The position numbers and the translations under genes were made by a program. Source: an uncultured Ruficoccus sp. (lineage in GTDB: Bacteria; Verrucomicrobiota; Verrucomicrobiia; Opitutales; Cerasicoccaceae). From it: a stretch of DNA of 64,000 nucleotides. The stretch covers positions 712,487 through 776,486 of the forward strand of contig OZ223481.1 in NCBI GenBank assembly GCA_965140785.1. Direction: 5' to 3'. Every line of letters starts with the position of its first letter. Positions within the stretch are counted from its first letter, which is position 1. Of the stretch, positions 43,697 through 53,183 are shown piece by piece. The notes under the pieces were generated by a model that saw only the letters and a list, made by a program, of their open reading frames with translations, searched no databases and had not been told where the DNA came from.

Positions 43697-45985
43697 TTAC
43701 GCTTCCATCTTATCCCGCAGCGCGGTCAGGCGTCGGGCGCTTTCGCGGTTGCGCACGGCCATGGCGTAGGCGGTGGGGTCGCCCACGAGAAAGACTTTTT
43801 TGCGGCCCCGGGTGATGGCGGTGTAGAGCAGGTTGCGCTGAAGCATGACGAAGTGCTGCTTGAGCAGTGGGATGATCACGATGGGGAATTCGCTGCCCTG
43901 GCTCTTGTGGATGCTGATCGCGTAGGCGAGGTTGAGGTCCGTCATCTCGCCGCGGGTGAAGTCGTGGATCTCGTTGTCGAAACGCACGGCCACGGTGCCG
44001 GCTTCTGTATTGATGTGGCTGATACGCCCGAGGTCGCCGTTGAAAAGGTTCTTGTCGTAGTTGTTGCGCTGCTGGATGACCTTGTCGCCGCGGTGGAAGC
44101 GGTGCGGGCCGAGCGTGACGCCCGGCTGGCCCGGGTTGAGCGCCTGCTGGAGCACGGCGTTGAGGTTGAGCGTGCCGCCGGCGCCCTTGTGCATGGGCGG
44201 GAGCACCTGCACGTCCATGACCGGATCTAGGTGCGGGTACCAGCGGGGGATGCAGTCCCGGCAGAGGCTGACCACCGTCTCGGCGCAGACCTCCGGCTCG
44301 GGCGCGGCGATGAAGTGCAGGTCCTCGTCCGGATCGGCGTGGGCCGGGTCTTCGAGCGGGGCGGGCGGGGTGGCCTCGCCGTGGAGGATGCCATGGGCCG
44401 TCAACACAATGCGGCTGCGGGCCTGCTGGCGGAAAATCTGCGACAGCCGCGTGACGGCGGGCGTGTGGGGCAGGGCGGAGCCGGCCCCGGCCAGCCCGAT
44501 CAAGTCGCCCAGGACGTTGCCCGCGCCGACGCTGGGGAGCTGGTCGGCATCGCCCACCAGCAGCAGGTGCGCCCGTGCCGGGATGGCCCGCAGGAGGCAG
44601 GCGGCGAGCTTGCTGTCGAGCATCGAGGTCTCGTCCACCACCACGAAGTCAGCCGCCAGCGGGTTGTCGGCGTTCACGCTGAAGCCCCCCTCGGCCGGGT
44701 CAAACTTGAGCAGCCGGTGGATGGTCTGGGCGGGCGCGCCGGTGGTCTCGCCCATGCGCTGGGCGGCGCGCCCGGTGGGGGCGGCCATGAGCAGGCGGAC
44801 CTTCTTGGCCTTTAAAATATCGGTCAGCGCCTTGAGGATGGTGGTCTTGCCGGTGCCGGGGCCGCCGGTGAGGATGGAGACCTTGTTGGCGATGGCGGCG
44901 GAAATGGCGGCGGCCTGCTCGGGTGCGAATTCAAAGCCCGCCCGCTCCTGTGCCCATTCGACGGCCTTGTCGATGATGATCGGCGGCAGGCACGAGGGAG
45001 ATTCCAGCAGGTCGCGCAGGGAATGGGCCACGACGACTTCGGCCCGGTGCGAGGCCGGGAGCTGGAGAATGGTCTGCGGCGAATACAGCTGCTCGGGGTC
45101 CCTGGCGGCGGCCCCGGAGGGCACGAGCGCGCCCTGATCCACGAGGCTTTTGAGCGGTGCGTTGAGCAGGTGTGGATCGATGTCGAGGAGCTGGGTGGCC
45201 TGCTGGATCAGGTCCGGGGCGGCAAAGGCGGTGTGCCCCTCGCTCTCGGCCTCCTCCAGGGCAAAGATGAGCCCGGCCTCCAGGCGGCGGGGGTTGTCGT
45301 TTTGCAGGCCCAGGTTGCGGGCGATCTGGTCGGCGGTCTTGAAGCCGATGCCCTGGATGTCGCGGGCCACCCGGTAGGGGTCGCGTTCGAGGATGGTGCG
45401 GGCCTCGTTGCCGAAGCGCCGGTAGATGCGCGTGCACAGCGCGGTACTGACCCCGTAGGTGTGCAGGAAGAGCATGATCTCGCGCTGGGCCTGCTGGGAC
45501 TCCCAGGCCAGCTTGATGTCCTTGGCGCGCTGCTTGCCCACGCCGGGGACTTCACGCAGGCGGCCCGACTGCTCGGAGATGACTTTTAACGTGTCGGCCC
45601 CGAAGTGCTCCACGATCTTCTCGGCGAACTTCGGGCCGATGTTGGGAATCATCCCGGAGCCGAGGTATTTGCGGATGCCGTGGACGGTGGAGGGCAACTT
45701 GCTGGTAAAGCCCTTGATCTTGAACTGCGGGCCGTGCACGGGGTGGCGCTGCCACTCGCCGGAGAGTTCGAGCGTTTCGCCGCACTGGACGCCGGGCAGA
45801 TTCCCGGCGATGGTCACGGCCTGGCGCTGGCCGTTGGGGCGGAATTCGCCGATCGTGTAGTGGTTCTCCTCGTTGGCGAAAACGATCCGCTCCAGCGTGC
45901 CGGTCAGGGTCTCGGGACTGTCGGTGGGATTGGGCAAAGTCGTGACGGAGGCGGTGTTGGGTTCGCTTACGGTAGAGGTGAGCAA
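43697..45985 (-). CDS. recD2: ATP-dependent RecD2-like DNA helicase
   Basis: N-terminal GTLERIVFANEEN, HhH motifs, TGGPGTGKTT, APTGRAA, DETSM, GDADQLPSVG, AYAISIHKSQGSEF and LYTAITR. Confidence 0.95.
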   Translation of the reverse strand: MLTSTVSEPNTASVTTLPNPTDSPETLTGTLERIVFANEENHYTIGEFRPNGQRQAVTIAGNLPGVQCGETLELSGEWQRHPVHGPQFKIKGFTSKLPSTVHGIRKYLGSGMIPNIGPKFAEKIVEHFGADTLKVISEQSGRLREVPGVGKQRAKDIKLAWESQQAQREIMLFLHTYGVSTALCTRIYRRFGNEARTILERDPYRVARDIQGIGFKTADQIARNLGLQNDNPRRLEAGLIFALEEAESEGHTAFAAPDLIQQATQLLDIDPHLLNAPLKSLVDQGALVPSGAAARDPEQLYSPQTILQLPASHRAEVVVAHSLRDLLESPSCLPPIIIDKAVEWAQERAGFEFAPEQAAAISAAIANKVSILTGGPGTGKTTILKALTDILKAKKVRLLMAAPTGRAAQRMGETTGAPAQTIHRLLKFDPAEGGFSVNADNPLAADFVVVDETSMLDSKLAACLLRAIPARAHLLLVGDADQLPSVGAGNVLGDLIGLAGAGSALPHTPAVTRLSQIFRQQARSRIVLTAHGILHGEATPPAPLEDPAHADPDEDLHFIAAPEPEVCAETVVSLCRDCIPRWYPHLDPVMDVQVLPPMHKGAGGTLNLNAVLQQALNPGQPGVTLGPHRFHRGDKVIQQRNNYDKNLFNGDLGRISHINTEAGTVAVRFDNEIHDFTRGEMTDLNLAYAISIHKSQGSEFPIVIIPLLKQHFVMLQRNLLYTAITRGRKKVFLVGDPTAYAMAVRNRESARRLTALRDKMEA

Positions 45986-46095
45986 ACGCGGATTGCTAGA
46001 GAAGTCTCCGGTTGCTGCTCAAATTCGGTATTTTGTGTGCTTCGTGTCTTCTTCGTGCTCTTCGTGACCTGAAATGGCTTTCGGGGAAACTCGGC

Positions 46096-46773
46096 TCAGG
46101 CCGGGCAGGCGTCGATCTCCAGGCCGAAAAACTCCCGGCCCAGTTCGGCCAGGTCGGCGTAGGCGCCGAGGGGGGCGGGGGTGCCGGCGTTGAGCTCGTC
46201 GATGGAGTGGCTGCCGGTGGCGACGACCAGGCAGCGCAGGCCCACGCTGTCGGCGGCGGCTATGTCCCAGGGGGAATCGCCGATCATCAGGGTGGTCGCC
46301 GGGTCGGCCTCCAAGGTTTCCATCACATGCTGGGTGAATTCCCGCTGGGGCTTGCGCCAGGGCGTGTCGCCGGTGCCGAAAATCTTGTCCAGGTACGGCG
46401 TGTAGCCGAGGTGTTCGCAGACCAGGCGGGCGTTGTTGCCCTCCTTGTTGGTAAAAAGGGCCTGCTTGATGCCGCGTTCGTGTAAAGCTTTGAGCAAGCC
46501 GAGCGAGCCGGGGAGGGCGCGCAGGTCCTCCTTCCAGATATCCGCGAAGTGGGAGCGGAAGAGCTTCACGCCCTCGTCCACATGTTCCTTGCCCACCAGC
46601 TTCTCCATCGTGATCGGCACGGAGCCGCCCACGGTCGCGCGGACCTTTTCATAGGAGACCGGGTCGAGCCCGAGAACTTCCTGGGCGTGCCGGTAGCACC
46701 GGTAAATGGTCGTGAAATGGTCGATCAGCGTGCCGTCCAGATCGAAGAGAATAGTCTGTATGTCCTGCCCCAT
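46096..46773 (-). CDS. HAD-family phosphatase (phosphoglycolate phosphatase-like)
   Basis: FDLDGTLID, TNK, KP and IGDSPWD motifs. Confidence 0.9.
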   Translation of the reverse strand: MGQDIQTILFDLDGTLIDHFTTIYRCYRHAQEVLGLDPVSYEKVRATVGGSVPITMEKLVGKEHVDEGVKLFRSHFADIWKEDLRALPGSLGLLKALHERGIKQALFTNKEGNNARLVCEHLGYTPYLDKIFGTGDTPWRKPQREFTQHVMETLEADPATTLMIGDSPWDIAAADSVGLRCLVVATGSHSIDELNAGTPAPLGAYADLAELGREFFGLEIDACPA

Positions 46774-46973
46774 GATAAATTTGCGTAGCTTGAGTCTCTG
46801 TCTTCAAATTACCTCTGCTCGCCCACTCGGTTGGATGTCGGCCCGTAATTTTAGGACAGAGCCTTGGATAATTTGCCACTCATGGGGAATATGGCCAGCC
46901 TTTTGCTTGACCCCGGGGAAATGTCCCTTGACCTTCTCACCTGACGGATATCCTATCCGCCTCCCCCTGAACT

Positions 46974-48110
46974 ATGCCGGAACCGGACGCACCTCCCGAA
47001 CTGGACTTTCGCCGCGAGGGCAACGATTGCCTGATGATCGTGCTGCGTGGAACCTGGAAGATGCAAGAGCAGCTTCCAGAGTCTGACCGCGTGCAACAGG
47101 AGCTGGAAGCGGGGATTAAACGGATGGCCTTCGAGGCCGGGGATGTGACCGGCTGGGACAGCGGCCTGATGACTTTCGTCCTGCACTGCTGGGACCTGGC
47201 CCAGGAAAAGAATCTCGAAGTGGACTACGACGGCCTGCCCAAAGGGGCCGACGGCCTGATGGCCCTCGCCACCGCCGTGCCGGAAAAGAAGGACACCGGC
47301 CGCGGCGAGACCACGCGCTCTCTCTTTTACCAGGTCGGCTCGCATAGTATCGAGCTGGCGCAGGAGGCTCGCGACATCCTCACCTTTTTGGGCGAGGCTT
47401 CGATCGCGTTTTTCCGCTTCTATGGCGGGCGGGCGCGCTTCCGCTGGCGCGACCTGTGGATGGTTGTCCAGCAGACCGGGGCCGAGGCGCTGCCCATCGT
47501 GGCGCTGATCAGCTTTCTGGTCGGCCTCATTCTGGCCTATGTCGGGGCGGTGCAGTTGGCGCAGTTCGGGGCGACGGTTTATGTGGCCGACTTGGTCGGC
47601 CTGGCCATGGTCCGCGAAATGGGCGCCATCATGACGGGGATCGTCATGTGCGGGCGCACCGGGGCGGCCTTTGCCGCGCAATTGGGTACGATGAAGGTGT
47701 CCGAGGAGATCGATGCCTTGCAGACCCTGGGCATTTCCCCGATGGAGTTCCTGGTTCTGCCGCGGATGCTGGCCCTGTGTTGCATGCTACCGCTGCTGGT
47801 CATCTTTTCCGACTTCATCGGTATTATCGGCGGGCTGGTGGTCAGCGTGACCACGCTGGACATTTCCTTTCAGACCTTTGTGGGGCGCACCATGGCCGCC
47901 ATCGACTTGCCCAACTTTTTCAGCGGCCTGATCAAGTCCGTCGTCTTTGGGGTGATCGTGGCCTCCACCGGCTGCTTGCGCGGCATGCAGTGCGGCGACA
48001 GTTCGGCCGCCGTCGGCGTGGCCGCCACCTCCGCGGTGGTCACGGGTATCACCTGCATCATCGTAGCGGACGCGATCTTCGCCGTGATCTTCAACATCAT
48101 AGGCATATGA
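46974..48110 (+). CDS. MlaE-family ABC permease with N-terminal STAS-like region
   Basis: VREMG, GRTGAAFAAQLGTMKVSEEIDAL and LVLPR motifs. Confidence 0.92.
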   Translation: MPEPDAPPELDFRREGNDCLMIVLRGTWKMQEQLPESDRVQQELEAGIKRMAFEAGDVTGWDSGLMTFVLHCWDLAQEKNLEVDYDGLPKGADGLMALATAVPEKKDTGRGETTRSLFYQVGSHSIELAQEARDILTFLGEASIAFFRFYGGRARFRWRDLWMVVQQTGAEALPIVALISFLVGLILAYVGAVQLAQFGATVYVADLVGLAMVREMGAIMTGIVMCGRTGAAFAAQLGTMKVSEEIDALQTLGISPMEFLVLPRMLALCCMLPLLVIFSDFIGIIGGLVVSVTTLDISFQTFVGRTMAAIDLPNFFSGLIKSVVFGVIVASTGCLRGMQCGDSSAAVGVAATSAVVTGITCIIVADAIFAVIFNIIGI

Positions 48111-48880
48111 GCGAGGACCAGCCCAAGATCAGAGTCGAAAACCTGACCATGGCCTACGGATCGTTCGTGGTCATGAAGGATATCAATTTCGAGATCAACA
48201 AGGGCGAAGTCTTCATCATCATGGGCGGCTCAGGTTGCGGCAAGAGCACTCTGCTCAAGCACCTGATTGGCCTCAAACAGCCGGCCAAGGGTGATATCTT
48301 CTACGACGGGGCTAACTTTAACCAGGCCGAGGACGAGGAGAAACTCCTTATGCTCCAGAAATTCGGCGTGCTCTACCAGGGCGGGGCCTTGTGGAGCTCC
48401 ATGACATTGGCCGAAAACGTCGGCCTGCCCCTGGGCGAGTTCACCTCGCTCTCGCAGAAGGAGATCCGCGACATCGCCACCTTCAAGCTCTCGCTGGTGG
48501 GCCTGCGCGGCTTCGAAGACTTTTACCCGTCCGAGATCAGCGGCGGGATGCGCAAGCGCGCCGGGCTGGCGCGGGCCATGGCGCTCGACCCCGACGTGCT
48601 GTTTTTCGACGAGCCCTCCGCCGGGCTGGATCCGATCAGCTCCCGCCGCCTGGATGACCTCATTCTCGAACTGCGCGACAGTCTCGGGGCCACCGTCGTG
48701 GTCGTGACCCACGAGCTGGCCAGTATTTTCGCGATTGCCGACAAGGCGATCTTCCTTGATGCCGACACTCGCACCCAGGGTGCCATTGGCGACCCGCACG
48801 AGTTGCGGGACCAGAATGACAACATGGCCGTGCGGACCTTCCTGCGCCGGGGCGAAGAGGAGATCCCCGAAGGCGTCTGA
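48107..48880 (+). CDS. MlaF-family ABC ATPase
   Basis: GGSGCGKS, SGGMRKRAGLARA, FDEPSAGLDP and VTHE; ATGA overlap with the permease stop. Confidence 0.93.
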   Translation: MSEDQPKIRVENLTMAYGSFVVMKDINFEINKGEVFIIMGGSGCGKSTLLKHLIGLKQPAKGDIFYDGANFNQAEDEEKLLMLQKFGVLYQGGALWSSMTLAENVGLPLGEFTSLSQKEIRDIATFKLSLVGLRGFEDFYPSEISGGMRKRAGLARAMALDPDVLFFDEPSAGLDPISSRRLDDLILELRDSLGATVVVVTHELASIFAIADKAIFLDADTRTQGAIGDPHELRDQNDNMAVRTFLRRGEEEIPEGV

Positions 48881-48939
48881 GAGTCTCAAAAAAGCCATTG
48901 CCCAACCTCTTTAATTCGCTAACGTTTCTAATAAACCGT

Positions 48940-49971
48940 ATGAGCAAAAAAGCCAATCCAGCCGCCATTGGCGTTTTCGTGGTGGGGGCCGTCATCCTGG
49001 CAGTCGTCTCTTTGGTCATTTTCGGCTCCGGCTCCATTTTCAGGAAAACCGAGAAGTTCATCCTCTATTTTGAGGATTCCATCAACGGCCTGGAAATCGG
49101 CGCTCCCGTCAAGTTCAAGGGCGTGCGCATCGGCCAGGTGACCGACATCCGCATCCGCTTCAATCAGGACGACGAGTCCCCGCACGTGCCGGTCATCATC
49201 CAGATCGACATCGACCGCCTGCAGAACAACCTCGGGGTGGATGTGGACCTCAGCGACGAGCAGGTCTTTCAGGAGCAGGTGGACATCCTCGGGCTGCGCG
49301 GAAAGCTCCAGCAGGCCAGCTTTGTCACCGGTATGCTCTTCATCGAGCTGGACTACGATCCCAACGCCGGCCCGGCCTACTACGTCCAGCAGCCCGATCC
49401 CGAGACGGGCGAGTACGAGTATAAAGAGATCCCCACCGTGTCCTCTGGCCTGACCGAAGTGATCAAGAAGGCCACCACCATGGTGGACAAGATCAGCCGG
49501 ATCGATTTCCAGGCCATCGGCCAGAAGGCCAACGACATTCTCACCCGCCTGGACGATGGCGTGGCCGAGATCCAGTTCAAGACCATCAATGAGAAGACGG
49601 TCGCCCTGCTCGACAACCTCGACAGCATCACCGCCGATCCCGAGTTTAAAAAGTTGCCCGGCAACCTGAACACCACGCTCGACGACGGGCGTCAGTTCAT
49701 CGCTATGCTGGATAAGGACGTGGACGCGGTCGTCACCGACCTGAAGGAAACCCTGGACGGGGCCCGTGGCACGCTGCGCCGCATCGATGGCCTCACTGAC
49801 AATCTCAACTCCATGCTCGAACCGGAATCGCCGCTGCGCTACCAGCTGGAGGATTCCTTTTCCGAACTGGCCGAGGCCATGCGCTCCATCCGCGTACTGG
49901 CTGATTACCTGGAGCGTAATCCGAGCGCCCTGCTGATCGGCAAACAGGACGATTCATCCTCAGACAAGTAA
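48940..49971 (+). CDS. MCE/MlaD (PqiB-like) protein
   Basis: N-terminal TM, GLEIGAPVKFKGVRIGQV, helical C-terminus ending DYLERNPSALL. Confidence 0.9.
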   Translation: MSKKANPAAIGVFVVGAVILAVVSLVIFGSGSIFRKTEKFILYFEDSINGLEIGAPVKFKGVRIGQVTDIRIRFNQDDESPHVPVIIQIDIDRLQNNLGVDVDLSDEQVFQEQVDILGLRGKLQQASFVTGMLFIELDYDPNAGPAYYVQQPDPETGEYEYKEIPTVSSGLTEVIKKATTMVDKISRIDFQAIGQKANDILTRLDDGVAEIQFKTINEKTVALLDNLDSITADPEFKKLPGNLNTTLDDGRQFIAMLDKDVDAVVTDLKETLDGARGTLRRIDGLTDNLNSMLEPESPLRYQLEDSFSELAEAMRSIRVLADYLERNPSALLIGKQDDSSSDK

Positions 49972-49974
49972 TTC

Positions 49975-50730
49975 ATGCGAAACACCATCCTTGCACCGCT
50001 GCTCTTTACCTGCCTGCTCGCCCTCACCGGCTGTTCCATCGGCGACTCTTCCTCGCCTTCACGTTTTTATGTTCTCACGCCTATGCCGGAGGGCAGTCAG
50101 CCGGTCGACTTCGAGGGCGAGGCACCCAACGTCGGCCTGACCCGCGTGCAGATTCCCTCGACGCTGGACCGCCCGCAGATGGTGGTCTTCACCGCCGAGA
50201 ACGAGGTCACCTACAATGAGTTCAACCGCTGGAGCGAGCCGCTCAGCCAGGGCATCGGCGAAGCCGTCCGGCGCAACCTGCTCATCCTGATGGGACCGGG
50301 CAAGGTCTCGGCCTTCCCGTGGATGCAGTCCTTCCCGCGCGATTACAATGTCCAGATCGTCGTTCAGCAGTTCGGCGCCTATACATACCTGAACGAGGTG
50401 ATCCTGCGCGCCGTTTACCGGATCGAGAAGCTGGGCGAGGGGAGCCGCGACACGGTTTTCGTCGGCGAGGCTATTTATACGCAGCCTATCGCCGGGGATA
50501 GCCAGAATTTTGACGATATCGCCAATGCGCTCAGCACCACGCTGGTCCGCCTCAGCAAGGATATCGCCACTGAGATCCAGAAGCTCGAACAGCAGCAGAA
50601 GGAGGAAGGCCAAGACGGGGCAAAGGCTTCCCTGAAGCCCTATACTCCGACGTCGTCCGAGCCGTCTGAGACGGATTCGGCCGGAAAGGGCATGCTCCAG
50701 CCTCGCTACCGCACCCTGGATAAAGAATAG
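49975..50730 (+). CDS. PqiC-family auxiliary lipoprotein
   Basis: Lipobox LTGC; FYVL, LDRPQMV and RWSEPL motifs. Confidence 0.85.
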   Translation: MRNTILAPLLFTCLLALTGCSIGDSSSPSRFYVLTPMPEGSQPVDFEGEAPNVGLTRVQIPSTLDRPQMVVFTAENEVTYNEFNRWSEPLSQGIGEAVRRNLLILMGPGKVSAFPWMQSFPRDYNVQIVVQQFGAYTYLNEVILRAVYRIEKLGEGSRDTVFVGEAIYTQPIAGDSQNFDDIANALSTTLVRLSKDIATEIQKLEQQQKEEGQDGAKASLKPYTPTSSEPSETDSAGKGMLQPRYRTLDKE

Positions 50731-51023
50731 GCTGTTTGGCCCGCCTGCTGGCAGGGCCGAGTCTCCCTTATGTTTCTGATATTTCCCGCGTAAGCTCTCG
50801 GGAGAATTGAGGCGTATCCCTCTGGTTGGGTGTATTTGCAATGCGTTTGTTATGCATTGCAAGGTTTGTGCATTGCGTCTTGAGGCGCTAGGCTCGCGTG
50901 GTATTTTTTTTAATTTATATTACGTTGTTAAGCAATGGCTTACAATCTTGGCGCGGGGAGTGGCATGATAGCTGGTTAAATAATGGCAATCAGCAACGCT
51001 ATTTTTCAGATCCCTTTTTGCCA

Positions 51024-51773
51024 ATGAAAACAGAAACCACAGTCCGCAAGTCCGAGCCCCGTAAAATGGATGTTTTCCAGAACGAGTTGCTCGAGGAGCA
51101 CTACCCACTCGTCAACACGGTGGTGAAGAGTATGCTCTCCTACCTGCCTCGCTGTGCTGATTCTGAAGAACTGCACAGCGTGGGTATCACCGGCCTGATC
51201 GCGGCCGTCCAGAAGTTTGACCCGAAGCAGTCCGGAACCTTTAAGGCTTATGCCGCCATGCGTATTCGCGGGTCCATCCTCGATGAACTGCGCCGGATGG
51301 ATTCCCTGCCGCGCACGCGCCGGGCCAAGGTTCGCGAGTTGAGCAAGATCGTCGAAGAGCTTGAGCAGAAGCTCGGTCGCGCCCCCCGCGACTCCGAAAT
51401 CGCCGACGCCATGGGGCTGACCATGGCCGAGCTTGAGCGCTACCAGTTGAAGGCCCGCCCGGTCGTGCTGGTTTCCCTCGACGGGGCCAGTAGTCAGGAC
51501 GACGACTCTGAGGTCAATCTGCACGAGGCGATCGCCGACCAGAACAGCCGCCCCTGCTACGAAGACCTGGAAAAGAGCGAATACATCGACCTGATGGCCG
51601 ACATGATCAATGAGCTGCCGGACCGTCAGAAGAAGGTGCTCGCCATGTACTACTATGAAGGTATGCGCCTGGCCGAAATCGCGGAAGTCTTCGGCGTCTC
51701 CGAAGCCCGTATCTGCCAGATCCACACACAGGCTCTCGGCGTCTTGCGCCGCAATATCCAGCGCGTGAAGTAA
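51024..51773 (+). CDS. RNA polymerase sigma factor, FliA/WhiG (sigma-28) family
   Basis: GITGLIAAVQKFD, YAAMRIRGSILDELRRMD and YYYEGM.L.EIA.VFGVSEARICQIH. Confidence 0.92.
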   Translation: MKTETTVRKSEPRKMDVFQNELLEEHYPLVNTVVKSMLSYLPRCADSEELHSVGITGLIAAVQKFDPKQSGTFKAYAAMRIRGSILDELRRMDSLPRTRRAKVRELSKIVEELEQKLGRAPRDSEIADAMGLTMAELERYQLKARPVVLVSLDGASSQDDDSEVNLHEAIADQNSRPCYEDLEKSEYIDLMADMINELPDRQKKVLAMYYYEGMRLAEIAEVFGVSEARICQIHTQALGVLRRNIQRVK

Positions 51774-51810
51774 TTTTCAAGAGGCAAAACGAACAGCAGC
51801 AGCAACAACG

Positions 51811-51845
51811 AAGCCCGGGCGTGAGAACGTCCGGGCTTTCTTTTT
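51811..51845 (+). terminator. Rho-independent terminator
   Basis: AAGCCCGGGCGT-gaga-ACGTCCGGGCTT followed by a T-rich tail. Confidence 0.8.
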
Positions 51846-51899
51846 GGAACCTCAGAAGGCGCAGCGGGCGAGGGGCCGGGAAGGGGGCCCTTATACGCG

Positions 51900-52277
51900 C
51901 TACAGTAACTGATCGGCACCGCTGAAGATCGCCTCCACCGTGAGCAGGGCGGCGGAGTGGCCGGGGTAGCCGGGTTTGTTGGCGGCCTTCATCGCCTCGA
52001 AAATCGGCCCCTCGGTGTGGAATGAGATCGTGCCTTTGAGCTGGTAGGCCTTGCGCTCGGCGGTGAGGAAGAGCAGGGAGGCCTGCGGGTTGGCCTCCAG
52101 GTTGGCCTTGGTCTTACTAAAGTAGTTGTTGGCGATAAAGAACCCCTCCTCGCACCGGCCGACGATGCCGACATAGATGGCGTTGGGCACTCCCTCGGGG
52201 GTGGCGGTGGTCAGGATGCAGAAGCCCTCGCGTTCTTCGTCCCAGGCTTTCAGGACAGCTTCAGGAATTGTTTTCAT
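51900..52277 (-). CDS. Pyridoxamine 5'-phosphate oxidase-like FMN-binding protein
   Basis: TATPEGVPNA, NYFSKTKANL..NP and YQLKG motifs. Confidence 0.85.
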   Translation of the reverse strand: MKTIPEAVLKAWDEEREGFCILTTATPEGVPNAIYVGIVGRCEEGFFIANNYFSKTKANLEANPQASLLFLTAERKAYQLKGTISFHTEGPIFEAMKAANKPGYPGHSAALLTVEAIFSGADQLL

Positions 52278-52480
52278 CGTCTTGGTCTTCGCAGGTTAGG
52301 CGGGTGGTGCGGTCGGCAGTTCGCTGCCGCAGTTCAGGATGATGCTTGTGAAAAAGCCCCATCTGTCCAGCGACCAGCGTGGCGGCGACGGCGATTTAAG
52401 CGCGGCCAAACCGGGCTAGCAGCTTTGCTAACGGTTGGGGGGCGTTTTCAGCGTTGCGCTGCGATTAATTTAAATAAAGA

Positions 52481-52500
52481 TTTCAAATGATTATTTGAAA
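52481..52500. promoter_or_regulatory. Probable TetR-family operator
   Basis: Perfect inverted repeat TTTCAAAT-gatt-ATTTGAAA about 40 nt upstream of the TetR gene. Confidence 0.7.
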
Positions 52501-52535
52501 CTTTTATTCGAATTTGTCGTTCTACTGGAACGCGG

Positions 52536-53183
52536 ATGGGCCAGCCTATGAAAAAAACCAACGACACACGCGAACGTTTGCTGCGGGCGGCAGCGGAATG
52601 TTTCGCCGCGCACGGGTACAACCGGGCGACGTTGGCCCAGATCTGTCAGGACGCCGAGGCCAACCAGGCGGCGGCCAATTACCACTTCGGCGATAAGCTC
52701 GGGCTTTACGCCGAGGCGCTCCGGTATGCCTTCGCTCGTGCCCAGGCACAGTTCCCGATCCCGGAGATGGCGGGTATGTCGGCCGAGGAGCGGCTGCGCG
52801 CCTACCTCTCAACGAGTTTTCACCGCATTTTCGACGCGGGCGAGGGGAGTCTATTCCCGCGCATGTTCGTCAAGGAGATGGCGGAGCCCTCCGAGCACCT
52901 CGAGTACATCTTTACCCATGTGATAGACTGTGAACGCCACATCCTCGGCGGGATCGTCCGCGATCTACTGGGTGAGAAGGCGACGGAGGAGGACTGCTGC
53001 CTGTGCCGCCTCTCGATCGTGGCCCTGTTTCAGTTTTTCAATTTCAACCGCGCCATCCGGGAAATGGCGATTCGTAAGAAACGTCGCAAGAGTTTCGATG
53101 TCGAAACCGTCCTTGCGCACACCGTCCGCTTCGCGCTGGCGGGCGTCCGGGAGATGGAAAAGGAGATCAAAAATCGTGAATAA
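52536..53183 (+). CDS. TetR-family regulator (YbiH/CecR-like)
   Basis: TRERLLRAA..CFA..GY...AN.AA.NYHFGDK HTH; start is 52536 or 52548. Confidence 0.9.
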   Translation: MGQPMKKTNDTRERLLRAAAECFAAHGYNRATLAQICQDAEANQAAANYHFGDKLGLYAEALRYAFARAQAQFPIPEMAGMSAEERLRAYLSTSFHRIFDAGEGSLFPRMFVKEMAEPSEHLEYIFTHVIDCERHILGGIVRDLLGEKATEEDCCLCRLSIVALFQFFNFNRAIREMAIRKKRRKSFDVETVLAHTVRFALAGVREMEKEIKNRE

